Origin: Tubulanus polymorphus
Taxonomy: Eukaryota; Animalia; Nemertea
Length of the DNA stretch: 64,000 nt
Assembly (NCBI RefSeq): GCF_964204645.1
Contig: NC_134031.1
Span: 9,920,001-9,984,000, forward strand
Direction: 5' to 3'
Position 1 is the stretch's first letter, and each line of letters starts with the position of its first letter. Positions 39,509 to 50,967 of this stretch are shown here, piece after piece. Below the pieces are notes generated by a model. The model had not been told where the DNA came from and did no database searches. It saw only the letters and a program-made list of their open reading frames with translations. The position numbers were made by a program, and so were the translations under genes.

Positions 39509-40666
39509 TTTTTAGCCCACTTGGGACTTGAGTCCCAGCGGGCTATTGCGTTCACTTTTCATCCGTCGTCCATCCGTCCGTAGGAATCCAGTTATTTTGG
39601 GAAGTGTTAATAATAATAATAATAATAATTGTCATTTATAACGCGCAATTATCCTTCGACAGTTCAAATGCGCTCTCCGAGAGTTAATGATACTGCATGG
39701 AACAAAGTTGTTTTGAGATGGGTCTTGAAGCTATTGAGGTCGAGAGATAACCATCTAGATAGTTCGTGAGAGTTCCAAAGTTTTGAAGACGCTTCAAGGT
39801 AATGTCTTGATATTTGGTTTATACATGTATCTACCCTAGACACGTCTTCAGGCCAAGAACTGGCCATGTCAGAGTCAAGATGGCCGACTGGCAGCCATTG
39901 TTGTTCGCAAAAATCAGCACTTTTTACACATTTTTTAACTTTTTGAGGGAAATTTTGAAGACACCTAATAACCTTGATCATTCGTATATAGTTGTATCCC
40001 CCAAGGGCCCATCGGCATGAGAAAAATTGGGTCGATCGGACTCAAGATGGCCGTCCTGTGACCTTTTTTGTTCCCAAAAATGTCTATTTTGGCCTGAATT
40101 CTGAGTCCTGTAGCTTCCTAATGGTTTGCCATTTTTCATTGCAATTTGTGATGGGTATTCTTCGGAAAGGGATCTTTTATATCCGAGAGGGTATTTTTGA
40201 CCAGGCAATTATGACGCAATTGGCGGCCATCTTGGGGTCATCAGTACTCATTCGTAGGTGGAAAAAAGTTTTTCCACATCATATTGATACTTAAGCATAT
40301 TTTGTTACCATAATCAATTGGAAAGTTGTAGCTCATGACATGTTCTATGATTGAGGTGAATTTCAAGCTCATTGGTTTTTGTTTATGGCCACCAGGGGGC
40401 GTTGAACAATACAATAACTTAGTATTTCTATATTACATTCGTACCTATGCATATTTTGCTATCACAATCAATTGCAAAGTTGTAGCTCATGACATGGTCT
40501 ATGATCTGGAGGAGTTTCAAGCTCATTGGTTTTTGTATATGGCCACCAGGGGGCGTTGAATGATATTGAGCAGGGAGTGTATTTTGATAAATATAACCCA
40601 CAGATTACATCATTTTTAAAAAGCAAATCTGACAGGCTGGCCATTGTGCCCCTTGGGGCTCTTGTT
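39509..40666 (+). mobile_element. HINE-like element family D
   Basis: 5' TTTTTAGCCCACTTGGGACTTGAGTCCCAGCGGGCTA hairpin + (TCCG)n-like microsatellite; internal ~135-bp tandem units at 40290-40560; 3' GCCCCTTGGGGC hairpin + TCTTGTT. Confidence 0.75.
39608..39790 (-). mobile_element. 3' end of an L2/CR1-clade LINE with (TTA)n tail, nested in HINE D
   Basis: SKLWNS...LNSFKTHLKTTLF followed by TTA repeats. Confidence 0.6.
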
Positions 40667-40699
40667 CTCGTTCATTATCTGGTTGATGAGAGCGGGTTA

Positions 40700-40845
40700 A
40701 ACAATCGCGTAGCGATATGTCCGCATTGACATTGGCAGTAAAGAATGGAAATCCATAGAAGATTTGCCGGCAGATGTAAAACATTATAACCACTTAATAC
40801 CACAGTATAATCTACCAATGCTTCAAGGCCCATGGGCCTCTTGTT
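40700..40845 (+). mobile_element. 3' end of HINE-like family E
   Basis: GGCCCATGGGCC hairpin + TCTTGTT; the 5' boundary is uncertain. Confidence 0.65.
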
Positions 40846-42890
40846 TCTATCATATCTTGGTAATAGATCTTCATTAAGTTCTTGGTATTTACTTACGTTT
40901 TCTTTATGTTTTATTGTTCTATTATGTAGATTGAAATTACTTGTTGTAATAATCAATTTACAATATATACAATATGTTTTTCTTACTAATTCACTATATT
41001 GTTTTTCTAACTTTTCAAGTGTTTCTTCATTATCTGGTAACGTTTTCTCATATTTTATTTTTTCTAATATTTTATTTTTTCTTTCATTGAATTCTGTTTC
41101 AAATTTATTAGAAATTTTATCTATATGTGCTTTACGAAATGATGATTTGATGATTCTCCCAAACTTCTATATTTTCAGGGCTATATTTTATTCGAAAAGA
41201 CTCACAGAAATGATCTTTTATATTATTCTTATTATAGAATAAGAAAGGTCTTTTCCAAATAATTTCAGGTTCAGTTTCAACAGAATTATCATTACTTTCG
41301 TTACTATCAACATTAACCGTTGTGTCATTAATTTTGCACTTCTCTGATTGTTTTTTAAAGTGTAACTGACACTTTTTTTATTTCAAAATTTGATGTATTC
41401 TATTGATCTATACACTCATCTTCAACCGTTCTGTTCCAAAATGTTTAATTAACGCGCAATTTGTGATTTTGTAACAAGATTTTTGACCTCATTTCGTTGT
41501 TTACATCGCATACTGTTCAGCGTCGGCTAAATCAGCAGGTGCGCGCTGCAACATCATTACAGGCAGAGCTGAGAAATAGCGTCTATAGAAATGCGTTGAA
41601 TTTTGAGGAAACTGCGCGTATTTTCTGTTTTATCTCAATGCCAGATTGTTTTACAGCTTTGAAACTGGCCAGGGAGGTAAAAGGATCTATTGTCTATTGC
41701 ATAATCCTATTTCAAAGAATCAATGAGTAATTTGAATAGGCTAAATCGATCAAATTGAAGATGCAGATTTCAATCCGCTGCTATGAAGCTATTTTAAAGT
41801 ACACTATGCTAAGCTCTCAGCACTGTTACTGCTGCTCCATAGTTCAGCACCACAAGCATACTACAGTGTCTTATGTGATCACAGATTTCGATCTCGGTAA
41901 AGAATAAATAGATTCATATTCGTTTACTATTTACTATTTTTCAAAGTCATTTAAGACTAAGTAGGCCTAGTTTGAAAACTAACACTTCAAAACTCTACAA
42001 AAACTTTCATAAATTTCAACAGCCTTTACAACAAATATTCAAAGGATTAATGTTTTTCGATTAAAGTCACACGCTGCAGAAGTGTGTTGATAGATTACAT
42101 CACAAATCTTTCACAAAAATTATTTCTAAGTTTTAAAATAGGATGGATGAGGAAATATTCTTATTTTGTGACCAAAGCCGCTACCAATACGAGGTATATT
42201 TCAAGAAAAGAATTGAAATTATTCTTGCGTCTAATTCTGTCTAAGTTCATAAGTCAAAATATTCTTAGATCTAACCATGATCTTACTTACTATCACTAAA
42301 TGATATTACAAAACGATGATTTAAACATCCATGTTCCCTGCTGTCTACTAGAAAATGCCATGGATTGCTATTCAAATCCTATTTTTGCGCTTAGTTTGAA
42401 CGGATATGGTCTTTCTGAAATCAAGAGGCATTTTGTCTCAATTCGAATGCCAAATAGGTATAAAATTAAGTTGAATTGCTCTTGTAGCTTATTTCCTATT
42501 CATTTCTATAGACATCACTTCCGAGCCGTTACTTTAGTGACGTATTTCTATTAATAGACACAGTACCACGCGTTCAGCAGAAGCAATGTATGCACTGAAC
42601 AGGTGCGCGAACATCGAAATCATCAATTCTGACTAGATTGAAAAGATTTTTCCAATTATGAAATCACCTAGCCTTATTGTATACTATAATATATCGTGTA
42701 GTGTAAAAAGTAGAAAATCTTTAAAAAAGTGTCAGTTACCCTTTAACATAATTTCTTGAGAATTATTTATTTCAATTTGGGCAGTTTACTTTAGGGGGTT
42801 TGTAATTTTTATCAAGTTTTTTATATGTCGAGCCATATTACTTTTTCTTTGAAGTTCACCACAAATTTCACATGGTATCTTCTCATCCAT
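40846..42890 (-). pseudogene. Multi-zinc-finger protein 5' part, interrupted by the Kolobok-like element
   Basis: MDEKIPCEICGELQ...; inverted homolog of 16005-16650. Confidence 0.7.
41359..42742. mobile_element. Kolobok-like non-autonomous DNA transposon, copy 2
   Basis: TTAA-AGTGTAACTGAC...GTCAGTTACCCT-TTAA; body matches 27589-29676 without the MITE. Confidence 0.85.
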
Positions 42891-42957
42891 TTATTAAGGA
42901 AAAATTTTATAAAAATTAATTTTTAGTGATTCGATGTATTTTTTTGGGTTATAAATA

Positions 42958-43742
42958 ATGGTTGAATTAAAAGAATATAGAATATTTGTTGATTCCAGAA
43001 AACTCACAAATTCGAAATCACGTAATTTACTAGTACAATTAGATAGAGAATATAAAAATTGTTTAGATTTAAAATTAGTAAATGTAAGTTTATGTAACTC
43101 TTTTTATAATGTATCAGATAAAACTGATGATCATAGAGCCTTTTTAATTTTAATAAAAGTACTCGTAAATGGGTTCATCTTATGCTAACACCAGGATTAT
43201 ATAATTTAGAAACGTTAGCGAAAGAAATTAATAGAAAAGCTCGGTTAAGATTAGGTAGTGATGCTAGATTTAATATTAGATTCATACAAAGTGAGAGTTC
43301 TAATAAAATTAAAATAAAGTTAGATGATGAAAATGAAAATGATTTGGGGATAAAAAATATGCTTACGGGGTAAAAAAAACCTTTAGCTAAACTGTTAGGA
43401 ATTCCTCCAGATAAAATTATTGTCAGAGGAAAAGTAGACGGTAATTCAAATTTAATGCCTTTTACACACTCTTATATTTATTGCAATTTAATTGATCCTA
43501 CAAAAACATTTGAAGCAACTAAAGATTCAACTTGTAATTCCAGTATAATAAATATTTTACCATTGAAAAATGTTAAACAATTTGGAACACAAATAAACTA
43601 TAATTTAACTCAATGTGATTTCAAGCCTTGTATTTCAAATTTCAATAATTTTAAATTAGAAATAAGAAATCATAATGGTTACTTAATTGATATAAATAAC
43701 TTTCCTGTAATTTATGAATTAGTTTTAAGATGTAAAGAGTAA
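42958..43742 (+). pseudogene. Minor capsid protein (penton-like single jelly-roll), frameshifted
   Basis: SLCNSFYNVS, LTPGLYN, LAKLLGI, YIYCNLID and LEIRNHNGYLIDIN pattern. Confidence 0.75.
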
Positions 43743-43758
43743 TTTTCTCACTTTATAA

Positions 43759-44115
43759 ATGAATATAACTGTTGGGCCGAGCACGTGTTTTATAGGATTT
43801 GATTTTAAACGTGAGAAAGAAATGAAATTTAACATTAATGATGTAATTACGCATATTAAAAATATTGCATTTTCTAATGAAACATTTGGGTATGAAAAAA
43901 CAATAGATAAAGAAACTTTTAATGTAGAAAAGATTACCGATTTAATTAGAGAATCTTTAAGATTTTATGAATTAGATGAAGATTTTATCATTCATGATAT
44001 CCAAAGAATAATAACTGAAATATATGAAAATGAAACTAATAATATTATAAATGTTGAAATAATTATAACTAAGATAACTAAATATTTTGAAGATAGTAAT
44101 TTTTTTTCTAAATAA
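43759..44115 (+). CDS. Polinton hypothetical protein (118 aa; homolog of 59310-59645)
   Basis: Intact ORF, TAAATG start, MNITVGPS...DSNFF conserved. Confidence 0.7.
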   Translation: MNITVGPSTCFIGFDFKREKEMKFNINDVITHIKNIAFSNETFGYEKTIDKETFNVEKITDLIRESLRFYELDEDFIIHDIQRIITEIYENETNNIINVEIIITKITKYFEDSNFFSK

Positions 44116-44230
44116 ATGGCGGATCAGAAGTGGATAATAACTGGTTTATATAATGGAGCATTATTATCAATTCAAGAGCAGGATAAATTATTAAAAGAAT
44201 TAATAAATTATTAATTTTTTTATTATATAA

Positions 44231-45613
44231 ATGGTAGATAGTTTTCCAAAAGCTTTTCAATATAATAAATCAATTAAATATAATATTCCTGCAATAGATT
44301 TTAATAAAGATATTTCATATAGAAATGAAGTTTTAAATTCATCAATTAATTTAGATATTTATGTTACCGAAACTAATTATTTTAAAGATGGAAAATATAT
44401 TTCATGTATATTTAATTGATTTAAAAAAAATTGAAAGATGAAAAACAATGGTTATTAAAATCTAATACGAAATATTGGCAGAACCAATTAAATTTTGCAG
44501 TTTATTGCGCAACAACAGGATGTGGAATTAGTTGGAATGATCATTTAAATAATTCAAAATACAAATTAATTCAAAGTTTATTTAGATTTCATACATACTT
44601 TCAAATAAGATTAATAATAAATGAATTAGAGTGTCTTTTACCAGGATCTAGGTATTTTAAAGAATTAGATAATAATATTAATTTGTCAGTTTTATAAAAT
44701 TTGTAATGAATTTAATATAGATATAATTAATTCTGATTTTAGAACAAAACTTGGAACAATAAGATAACTTCGTAGCCCTAAAAGGATTGCACAATATTGT
44801 GCACTTCCCATACCATCTAATAGTTTTTATAATATCTATAATAATAAATTAGGTTATGGTAAAATAGAAACTAAGGATTTAGAAACATTACATTTCAATA
44901 AATTACCGAAATTCTATGATAATTTAAAACAAGAAAACAATAATGGTTGGGTTTATTTTATTTTAGAAAATAGTGAAGGATTTACTAAAGCTGGTATACA
45001 AAGAATAAACCAATCAATTAGAACTTATTTGATATGCATTCTAGGATCACAAGTTGAAACAAGATCCCCAATAATTGGAAATTTAGATACATCATTTGAT
45101 ACACAGAAACAATCTAAAGTATTATTTGAAGATTCAATTCATAATGATAAAAATAGATCGATTTCAGAAAATATTGTAAGATATCAAAATTATTTAGATA
45201 AATCACATGTAAGATTAAATTATTGTATAGGTCCTAATTTTTTAATTATTTCAAATGATTTAATATTAAAAATGGGAAATATAATTGGTTATAATAATAT
45301 AATTAAAACTGCAACAATAAATAATAAGTTTGGATTAAAAGATATAAATAAAAAGATTATTAATGCTCCAAAACTAATGGAAGGTGAAAAAATTAAAAAA
45401 CATATTCAATCAACAGAAACTAAAACTAAAAATATTAAATTGGGTAATGATTCTAAAATAAAAGATTACAATACTACACAAAGTATTAAAACTGATAATA
45501 TTCAACATGTAATAATTAAAACTTATAATGATAATAAATCCCATGAAAATACTAAATTAGCTATTACTTGTATTGGAATTGTAATAGGAGGAATATTTTA
45601 TTTTCAATTCTAA
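44231..45613 (+). pseudogene. Conserved 450-aa Polinton protein homolog, frameshifted
   Basis: YWQNQLNFAVYCATTGCG and ICILGSQVETRSPIIG; C-terminal TM. Confidence 0.85.
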
Positions 45614-45794
45614 TTTTTTTATTATATAAATGGATGTAGAAGGTGGAAAAGATATTGGAATGGATACTTTCGATGAACCCGGCATAACTGAAGAACAACC
45701 AGCTGATTTTAATGATACAAATTTTAATGACGGTAATAAGCCAGAATATAATAATAATTCAAATATGCCTGATTATATTAAAAATGCAGAATCA

Positions 45795-46371
45795 CAATAC
45801 TCAAACTCAATACAATCAAGGATTTTCATTATTATATGATTATATTGATAAATTTAAAACTGTAACTATTAATGCAAATGATGAAATAATTAATGAGAAT
45901 ATTAACTTCCAAAGAAGATCTAATAAAGGTATATTAATATTTTTTACAATTGCTACATATTCTAATGGCGCAATAAATGTTGATAATTATTTTATTCCTG
46001 AAATATCAAAGGTAGAAATAACTATTGAAGGTATAGCAAATACACAATTTTGTCAAGGAATGAGAATGATAGATCAGTGGCCAGAAGTTAGAAAACATTT
46101 TATGAATGAAAAAGTAAAATCATCTGAAAATTGTAATATTAATCAAATTGATTATTATACCGGCAATAAATATGCATAATGGTTTGATTTTAGAACAACA
46201 GAGGATAATTCATTTCATGGTTCTGGGAAGAAATTACAGAACACTAAAGATGGAATACAATTATTCATGAAAAAGAAAATAGGAGACAAAAATTTCCAAA
46301 TGCACATTTATATTATATCTGACGCGCAATCAAATATTATAAATTCTCAATTAGATAGTATTCAATATTAG
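45795..46371 (+). pseudogene. MCP C-terminal half, joined by deletion to the 5' end of the coiled-coil gene (45630-45795)
   Basis: QTQYNQGFSLLYDYIDKFKT...DFRTTEDNSFHGSG...SDAQ. Confidence 0.85.
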
Positions 46372-46401
46372 AAATATGAAGTTATAATTAACGATATATG
46401 A

Positions 46402-47506
46402 ATGGGGGTAAAAAAAACTCCTAATACTAAAGAACAATATTTAAGAAATTTATATTACAACCCTGAGAGTTCGGTTGCTTATTCTTCTACCAAAAATATA
46501 TGGCGTCAAGTAAAACAGGATAAATTATATAAAAGATAATCCCACAAAATTTAGTTAAATAGAAAGATATAAATGAATTTATGCTAGAACAACCAACATA
46601 TACAACACATAAAAAAATTGTTAGGAAATATAAAACTCGTAAAACTATGGTAAGTTATGTAGATCGACAGTGGCAAGGAGATTTAATTGATATGAAAAAT
46701 GTTAAGAAAGATAATGATGATTATTGGTGGATCTTAAACATAATTGATATTTTTAGTCTTTATGTATGGAGCTTCCCACTTTATAGAAAAGATGCTGCAC
46801 AAACATCATTAGTTAAAAAAATTTTTTTTTCAGGTGGTAAAATAAAGCCAGAAAAAAATATAATTTGATGATGGAAAAGAATTTGATAATTCATCTGTTC
46901 ATGAACTCTTAGATAATCATAATATTGAATATTTTTTAACAAAATCGGAAAAAAAGCGGCAGTTGTTGAACGATTTAATAGAACATTAAGAACAAGAATG
47001 TGGAAATATTTTACAGCAAATAATACTTTTAAATGGATTGATGTTTTACCAAAATTGATAAAAGGTTACAATAATTCTTATCATTCTTCTATTGGAATGA
47101 AACCTATCGATGCTAGAAAACCTGAAAATGCTGAAATTGTTTGGAATAATTTATATGGAGCATTTCTTGTCGATGATTTTGGTGAACCTAAATTTAAAGT
47201 TGGTCAAAATGTTGGAATTTCTAAGTATAAAAAGAAATTTGACAAAGGATACGATCGTAATTTTACTAGAGAAATATATAAAATAAAAAAGGTAATAACA
47301 ACAAAACCATATGTCTATAAATTAGAAGATTTAAATTGTGAAGAAGTTGAGGGATATTTTAATGAAGAAGAATTAAGTTTAACTTCTGAAAATCTAGAAC
47401 AAGAATATAAAATTTAAAAAGTATTAAAAACAAAAACTGTTAATAGAAAAAAATATTCTTTAGTAAAATGGGTTGGATGGCCAGATAAATTCAATGAATG
47501 GATATT
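46402..47506 (+). pseudogene. Retroviral-type (rve) integrase with C-terminal chromodomain, frameshifted
   Basis: WQGDLIDM, IIDIFS, FDDGKEF, VVERFNRTL and LVKWVGWPDKFNEWI. Confidence 0.9.
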
Positions 47507-47771
47507 AGTAATAGGGATAATAGGCTTTCAGGCCAAAGGTCGAACGGTCTAGCTCGTTAAAATGAAAAACATGAAAATAATTACAATTTCTACTTGAATT
47601 ACTCGCGAAACTCATAAAAATGAAATTAAATTCTCACACGCTCGAATTTATTTTTCATTTTTATGAGTTTCACTCCTAATTCAAGTAGAAATTGTACTTA
47701 TTTTCATGTTTTTCATTTTTACTCACTCGCCCCTTCGACCTTTAACCTGAAAGCCTATTATCCCTATTACT
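47507..47771. repeat. 265-bp imperfect palindrome at the element end
   Basis: AGTAATAGGGATAATAGGCTTTCAGG...CCTGAAAGCCTATTATCCCTATTACT; ~127-bp arms around the loop TCACACGCTC. Confidence 0.95.
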
Positions 47772-48639
47772 CTTAAAATAATCATATACATGAATAACAT
47801 TTAAAAGTGTAAGCTCTTATAGAATAGATATATAGATATATTTACAACATTATTTCAATATTTATATTTGTGTGAGTTAGATTTTTAAACATTAAAAGGG
47901 TTAGTAAAGTGTGATTGAAATAATGCATAGCTGTTTATACTAGAACATGATTCTATTTGAGCCTATATACATTTCATGTAATGAACTATTGAATAAATCT
48001 ATAAATTCACAGTTGTTACAATGACGCCGAGACATATGAGTCATAATATTGCAAACGTGTAGAGAACATTCTAGAAAGGTGTGCCGGAACCAGATGACGT
48101 GGCAGGAAATGAACAGACGCGCTGTAACATTACGCTTAGGATATTCTATCTCTCGAAACGAAATTAGGAGTTTATAGTTTACAATTCTAAATCTAAATGT
48201 AAGTACTGTTTTTTGTAGTTATTAGGGCTATTAAATATGAAACCTTTAGATATATTTAAGTGTATTTAGTATATCTTTTAGATGGCTAGAGTTGCCGCTA
48301 ATATCTTTTAGATTAATAAAACGCCATACGCATCAAGGAGTGATAGAGAAACTCAAGATACTCTTTCTGACTGAGGAATCAACAGCAATGGATATCGAAC
48401 CAATAGAAATTAGCACAAGAACCACAAGAATCACAAAAGATCAACGAAGAAACTATATAAGAATTTCAAAAACATTAAGACTCCAATGATTAAGTTTAAC
48501 ATTTGTTGATGTAGTTAAATATTTACCGGCAATTTAAAAATGTTTGTAATTATAGATTTTATATATAGAAATCAAATGATGTATTGGAAGAAACGACTGA
48601 ACAAATTGTATAATGTATTGTGTAAATCTGATTGATGAA

Positions 48640-49000
48640 TTTTTATGTTCGGTCGTTTCTATTCAGAATGAATATATAATTATGATTAGCGCATGCGCAT
48701 TAAGCAAAACCGCGCACGAATGCACGGTTTTGCTCAGTGGTATGATTTAGATATTTCATGTCGGTTGTTTCTATTATGATTAACACATGTGCATTAAGCA
48801 AAACCGGCCATCAATGGCCGCATGTGACTGACACATGTAACGCATGTGACGCGGACATGAATGCGTTTGAATTTTCTGTGTTCGGTTGTTTCTATTTTTA
48901 CAGAATTTACATAATGAATATATAATTATGATTAACGCATGCGCATTAAGCAAAAGCGCGCATGAATGCGCGCTTTTGCCCAGTGGTATTATTTAGATAT
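48640..49000. repeat. Subterminal direct repeats carrying GC-rich hairpins
   Basis: An ~85-bp unit at 48668-48753 and 48913-48999, with a partial third copy at ~48775; hairpins at 48704-48733 and 48950-48979. Confidence 0.85.
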
Positions 49001-49117
49001 CAAGGAATCGAAACAACTTATCAAAAGCAGCGAGGAATGAAAAAGGATGACGTTGGTCGAAGAAATGGAAGAGGATTCTAAAATATTAACCAATTTAGTA
49101 AAAAATACATATAATAA

Positions 49118-49789
49118 ATGGAACCAGAACAACCACAAATTATCAATATTACAAATAACACTGCTGGTGTTATAAATATATATTACAAGAAGTGTTCTAA
49201 ATGTGAATTAGATAAATTAGCTTTAACAGAATTTAGTAAGCGTAAGATTAGCAAAGATGGTTTTCAATATTGCTGTAAAACTTGTTTTTAACTATATACC
49301 AAACAATACCGAGAAGATAATATAGAACATTATAATTATTATATGGCAGAATATATGAGAGAAAGATATCAAACAGATCTTAATTTTAGATTGAAACAAT
49401 GCTTAAGATCTAGATTAACACAATTATTCAACAAAGAAACACATTCAGAAACACTATCTAATTTATTGGGTTGTTCAGATAAATTTCTTAAATCATGGAT
49501 TGTATATCAATTCGACGATAAAATGAATATAGATAATTATGGTGAATACTTTCATATTGATCATACGTTACCAATATCTAAATTTAACATGAATGATGAA
49601 TACAATAAAAAACTTATTTGGAATTGGAAGAATTTAAGACCTTTAGAAAAGAAGGAAAACATAATTAAATCTAATAAACTAGATTTACAGTTATATTTAG
49701 AACAGTTAACAAAGGCAAAGAAATTTATTGATCAATGGAACAATGATCCAAATAATGAACAATACGTTGAGTCTTTGATGAGTGGTTAA
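49118..49789 (+). pseudogene. Free-standing HNH endonuclease with N-terminal CxxC zinc ribbon; one in-frame TAA (49289-49291)
   Basis: KKCSKC...KDG...CKTC; LRSRL...LLGCS...NYGEYFHIDHTLP...NWKNLRPL..KENIIKSNK; TAAATG start. Confidence 0.8.
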
Positions 49790-49996
49790 AGATTAATATA
49801 TCTCAAATAAAAAATATTAACAATTACATAACTTCAACTAACCAGTGAATTCTATTATATTTTTAATATTTTCTTTTCAAAAAGAGAATATTTTATATTT
49901 TGAATAGATCCGAATAGAAATTCTTTAGCTTTAACTAGCTAGTATCATTTGAAGAATACTTATAATATTTTTTTTTGCTTTTTTTCTCTAATATAA

Positions 49997-50599
49997 ATGT
50001 CAAAGAAATCTAATAAGAATAGTATTGATATTGAAAAAACATTAGATTATTTGGGTATAAGTGATAATAAAGGTACAGTTGTAACTAATTGTGCTCAAGT
50101 TAATTGTAATATAGATTATGAATACTATTTATATTGTAAGCATCATCTAGAAGTATTGATTGCCGGTGGAAAAAGTAAAGAGTTTTTAAATAGAATTATT
50201 ACTTTTCAAGAATTAGATGCTATGAAACTCGATAAAGTAATAAAATATTTTAAGATTTATGAAGAGGCAAGATTAGCCCGAATAAATGATTCTATTTCAG
50301 ATGGTATTGTCAAATGTTATTCTAAGTTATGTAACCAGTTAATACCAATTAATGATGAAAATAAATTATATAGTGATTTGAAAAATGACTATTTAGTTAT
50401 GACTGAATTACAAAAATGGGTTGGTTATGCTTCATTTCAATTAGGATCGGTTGTGACATTAATTTCTACTGGCGTCATAACATTTTCGAACATCAAGCCT
50501 ATGGAATATAAATCAGGTAAGAACGAAACAGATGTACTACAACCAAACAGCGAAACAGCAAATGAATCAGAACAAAAATTAACTAAAATAAATGAGTGA
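49997..50599 (+). CDS. Conserved Polinton hypothetical protein (200 aa)
   Basis: Intact ORF with TAAATG start; three decayed homologs elsewhere in the window. Confidence 0.8.
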   Translation: MSKKSNKNSIDIEKTLDYLGISDNKGTVVTNCAQVNCNIDYEYYLYCKHHLEVLIAGGKSKEFLNRIITFQELDAMKLDKVIKYFKIYEEARLARINDSISDGIVKCYSKLCNQLIPINDENKLYSDLKNDYLVMTELQKWVGYASFQLGSVVTLISTGVITFSNIKPMEYKSGKNETDVLQPNSETANESEQKLTKINE

Positions 50600-50961
50600 T
50601 GGAGTTAAGAAAAAGGCTAGATCCGAGAAACAAATTAAATGGGCAAGAGAATTAGGTAAAAGATCTTCAGAATTAAAAAAAAGTTAAGAAAAAGAAATTA
50701 ACTGATATAAATGAATCACAGACTTTATCTGATATTGATTCGAATGATAATCCATCTGATTCTTCTAATGCTGGAAGTAATTATAAATTATATATTACAA
50801 TTGGATTAGTAACAGTTATTATATTATCCGGCGTAATATATAAATCAAAATTCAAATCTGATGATAAAAATGATTCCAATGACAATAAACCTATTATACC
50901 AGAAAATAAGTCTAATCATAAAGCCATTGAAACTAAATCTAAATTATTATTAATGGATTAA
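50592..50961 (+). pseudogene. Small basic single-TM protein, frameshifted
   Basis: MSDGVKKKARSEKQIKWARELG; TM LYITIGLVTVIILSGVIY; ends MD* like its homologs. Confidence 0.7.
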
Positions 50962-50967
50962 AATAAG

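Larger units (their letters stand above)
40846..47506 (+). mobile_element. Decayed Polinton segment 7 (lineage A): ZnF gene (minus), penton, small ORFs, 450-aa homolog, MCP C-term, integrase
   Basis: Colinear homologs with two internal deletions (~44172 and ~45795). Confidence 0.9.

Noticed and set aside
47501-47777. Target-site duplication around the 265-bp palindrome, and around 30972-36683
   Set aside because: The flanks do not match (GATATT/CTTAAA and CACTAT/AATACT), so independent insertion cannot be claimed.
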